Shown here one piece after another: positions 60,294-64,000 of a DNA stretch of 64,000 nucleotides; positions within the stretch are counted from its first letter, which is position 1; each line of letters opens with the position of its first letter. Both the position numbers and the translations under genes were made by a program. The stretch covers positions 16,106,795 to 16,170,794 of the forward strand of contig NC_092670.1 of NCBI RefSeq assembly GCF_964355755.1, read 5' to 3'. This DNA comes from Antedon mediterranea. Taxonomy: Eukaryota > Animalia > Echinodermata. The notes beneath the pieces are model-generated. The model had not been told where the DNA came from and did no database searches. It was given only the letters and a program-made list of their open reading frames with translations.

Positions 60294-60843
60294 ATCGTGT
60301 GATAGTCATCGTGTGATAGTCATCGTGTGATAGTCATCGTGTGATAGTCATCGTGTGATAGTCATCGTGTGATAGTCATCGTGTGATAGTCATCGTGTGA
60401 TAGTCATCGTGTGATAGTCATCGTGTGATAGTCGTCGTGTGATAGTCGTCGTGTGATAGTCGTCGTGTGATAGTCGTCGTGTGATAGTCGTCGTGTGATA
60501 GTCGTCGTGTGATAGTCGTCGTGTGATAGTCATCGTGTGATAGTCGTCGTGTGATAGTCGTCGTGTGATAGTCGTCGTGTGATAGTCGTCGTGTGATAGT
60601 CGTCGTGTGATAGTCGTCGTGTGATAGTCGTCGTGTGATAGTCGTCGTGTGATAGTCATCGTGTGATAGTCGTCGTGTGATAGTCGTCGTGTGATAGTCG
60701 TCGTGTGATAGTCGTCGTGTGATAGTCGTCGTGTGATAGTCATCGTGTGATAGTCATCGTGTGATAGTCATCGTGTGATAGTCATCGTGTGATAGTCATC
60801 GTGTGATAGTCATCGTGTGATAGTCATCGTGTGATAGTCATCG
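60294..60843. repeat. 14-bp minisatellite (TCGTGTGATAGTCR) x~39
   Basis: Direct tandem units with a single A/G variable position. Confidence 0.97.
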
Positions 60844-63099
60844 CTTGCTGGTGTTTGCGGTATTCTGCTCTGATAATTAGACTGTAAACTGTAATCATAA
60901 AATAAAATGTCGCGTCTTGTTTTTTCCCTTTTTTTCTGTGACTGTTTAAGATTTCAGAAATATATTAAAACCCTTTGTATGCAATAATTTCAAGGTTAAA
61001 CCTTTTCCCCAACTAAAAATTATTGTAACATCGTGCCGTGTCTTGGAAGAAAAATGGTTTAAAACTACCGCACACAGAATAATTTTGGAGTTTTTGTTTA
61101 ATAATAACGCAACAAAAAAAATATTGCAAAAAATGCGATATAAAAATGTATATAATGTAGGCAAACCTTTAATCATTTCTTTTTATTATTATTGTTGTAA
61201 AATTTCTTTTATATTTCTCTCAATATTCAATGATGTCAAATATATCTATATATGAGTAAGGAGCTAACTTACGATAAAGTAATCAAATACAAATATGTGT
61301 GTATAGGCCTAAATATTATAAAATATAACAATGATATTTCTTTATGTCCAGTTTAATAGTGTGATACAAATTGCAATGGAAAAAATAATACAAAACATAT
61401 TATTTATAAAATCATTTATTATGCCGACGATCTCTTTTTAAATCATCAAATACTGTTTTCAATAACTCCATAAAAAAGCATTTCAATTCTCGTACGTGAA
61501 ATGAGGACGACACTGGAGAACATAAAAGCAGAGTAGTCGTAAAAGATACTAAAACAGTAATCAAAAGTAAATAAGAATAACACTTGAGCAGTTTTTTATT
61601 CTATAAATTGATAAATCACTGCTGTTTTTTAATCAAAACGTTGCTTTTTATTGCTAGATTTATTCCTTTTTATCTAATTCAATATACTTTTGGAACGAGG
61701 CTAATAAATATATTTTTATTATTTACGTCAGCGAATGCAAACGTGTATTTTAACTACGATGATGAAAAGTATTTTTAATAATTATATTTCTAATAATTCT
61801 CAAATAAGCAAATAAGAAGGATGGTTAAGTTAAAAATACTTAGGCCTACTTCTATAAATTTTAATTATTTTTTATAAATTTAATAATATTTTCAAAAGAT
61901 ATTGCCCCCCTTTTTATTCAAATTTGTTTGTTGAATATGTCATTTTGATGTTACAGATAGTTATTCACTTACTGGATCGAAAAAAAATTGTTTTCTGGAA
62001 AAAACTGTAACTAAAAGCAAAAAATAATTAAATTGACTGCCATCCAATGGATTTTTGGTTGAATTTAACCGTTTTGTTTATTATATAAGTGAAAACATTC
62101 TTTTTTCTCGTTATTTTTTTCTGCGGAAGTGATTAACTTTATTAAAACTACAAAATGGCCTATTCAAAATCTGATTTTATTAATCTTGATTTTTCATTTT
62201 TTTGGGAGGACAAGGCATCTTTAAAAAACAAATATTAAATAATGATGCATTATTTGTTGTGTTTATTTTTCGTCAGTGACACCATGAAGAACAACGTAAT
62301 TTGATGCTGATACGTATGCCTTATTTTTTGTTTTTAATTTAAAATATGTACGTTTTTTAACGTTTTGAATTCCTTAATTTTTTTAAAGGAAAAAAAATTA
62401 AGTAAACTAAAATGAAAAATTATAACTAAATTAATCAATCAATCACAATATTTATTTTTTCCTTTCTCTGGGCCTACATTTAAAATGTTTTTATTGTTCG
62501 AAAAAAGAATAACAAATGTACATTATAATCTATAATTATAGTCTTCTTTAGTTTATACTGAACATTGCAGGAAACAAAAAATAACAAAATAACGATGAAC
62601 AAGAAAAAATATTACAAAAAACAATAAAAAGTCACTTCGACTAAATTAAAAATACGATGTTTAATAATATTATATTACTGTATTTTATAAAATATGCAGA
62701 AAGAATTATTATCGCTATTAACAAGTCGATTTTATAGACTCCCTCTGTGTACACAATATATTAAAACACTTCTGTCGTTTCCTGTCTTGTGGCAAATGGT
62801 ATTATTATTATTACGTGTATTATTACTTATATTACTGGTGGTATTATGCTGTTCATTTTACGCTAAATGCGCTCGCAAACAAAACACAATTATCCAGTAC
62901 CGCCCCGTTTAACGCTGATTTTACACACCTTTTGTGTTATGCACACGGGGCGGTCTGGACATAATCTTAACTTTCTGGCTCACTTCACTCATTTCTGTTA
63001 CCGTTCACACGTATAAAAACACAGTAATATGCGCTTACATTTTGTACTTCTTTTATGCTTATCTAAACTCATTCAACAAATGAAATCAAGCTAAACCAA

Positions 63100-63190
63100 A
63101 CATGGCTAATAAGCTAATCTGATTGGTCGCCTGATTGCTTGTGTCTCCTCCCCTTTGACCTGTAAAGAGGCATCACCGAATGACTTGGTA
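63100..63190 (+). promoter_or_regulatory. Putative proximal promoter of the 63.5-kb gene
   Basis: TAATCTGATTGG (inverted CCAAT overlapping a TAAT-N3-ATTG site), CTCCTCCCC and TTTGACCT are clustered ~350-420 bp upstream of the ATG. Confidence 0.35.
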
Positions 63191-63526
63191 GCTAAGCGAG
63201 TACGATAATTGGGTATCAAACAAGAGTGTTGGATGTTATTATATTTAATGTAAATTGCTAAAAGCAATATTATTCGATAACTCTTTTATCTGGTGTAAAC
63301 ACATCTCGTTTGTAGCAGATTCTCCTGTCAGTTTGTCTGTACTGACCAAATCACGCTTGAGACAAAACTGGAAAACCCACTCTAAGTTTAACCACACCGG
63401 TGCTTAAAAACTGGATAACAATTCATTTATATTCTCTAATGCAGCTTACTTGATATTTAGAAAGCACAAGTTTTTATTTATTTCTATATACTGATTTTTG
63501 TCAACATTGCTAAGCCTGCAAACGGA

Positions 63527-63776
63527 ATGATGGACGCGGTCCTAGACTCAATCTACCCGCGATTTATGTCCCGTCTTGCCATCCCAAACTATCCATTTGC
63601 CCCACATCTACTAGGCCTACCGCCTAGGGGCTACCTCGAGAATCCGTTCCACAACCTACACCCTAACTCTTTAGCACTCCGGCAACTAGAAGGATTTCCT
63701 GGACTTGTCGGCAAACCGGATGCCATCGCTAGTCCTACGAATTCAGATGCGAGAAGTGATGATGACTGTCGATCTG
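63527..63776 (+). CDS. First coding exon of a gene continuing beyond the window; Pro/His-rich, transcription-factor-like N-terminus
   Basis: MMDAVLDSIYPRFMSRLAIPNYPFAPHLLGLPPRGYLENPFHNLHPN...SDDDCRS. GC content is elevated relative to the flanks, and it ends in a perfect donor G|GTAAGT. Confidence 0.75.
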
Positions 63777-64000
63777 GTAAGTAAAGAATTACTTTATCAT
63801 AATTTTGATAATTAATAAATTAATATTTATTATTAGCCGGTTGATGTATCATTATTAATTATTACTGTTTTAAATAAATATGTTAAGTTACAAAGTACTT
63901 TTTTTTCGCCAAAACTCAAGTAGAACATTTTTTTTTTAGATTACCATTAGTATTTAGAGATGGCATCAATGTAATATCGTTATAGAAATGCTTAGTTTGT

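Noticed and set aside
59844-60843. CRISPR array or repetitive proteins (ORFs 59844..60275, 60390..60743)
   Set aside because: The units are head-to-tail with no unique spacers, there are no cas genes, and the context is eukaryotic. The ORFs are translations of stop-free minisatellites.

Overview
AT-rich, intron-rich animal genomic DNA (GT-AG spliced genes, many non-autonomous DNA transposons). It looks like a marine invertebrate, possibly an echinoderm-type deuterostome, but the taxon is an inference. Genes were reconstructed by hand from splice sites and translation. In order: (1) the 3' exons of an uncharacterised + strand gene (<1..1137); (2) two tandem gamma-glutamyl hydrolase (GGH) paralogues on the - strand, one with a +1 frameshift in exon 6 and the other with a duplicated 113-nt exon 5 that can only be spliced mutually exclusively; (3) a GH18 chitinase with five CBM14 domains; (4) a 12-exon HAP40/F8A gene; (5) a small single-pass receptor with one Grindelwald/BCMA-type cysteine-rich domain; (6) an Uncx/UNC-4-like homeobox gene with eh1 and OAR-like motifs; (7) about 18 kb with no recognisable gene; (8) the first coding exon of a further gene at 63.5 kb. 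Repeats include Harbinger-, Kolobok-, hAT-, MULE-, CACTA- and Tc1-type MITEs, a LINE 3' fragment, SINE remnants, Penelope-like hammerhead remnants and several minisatellites. There is no CRISPR array, rRNA or prokaryotic system. All counts and alignments were done by eye, and repeat boundaries are approximate.
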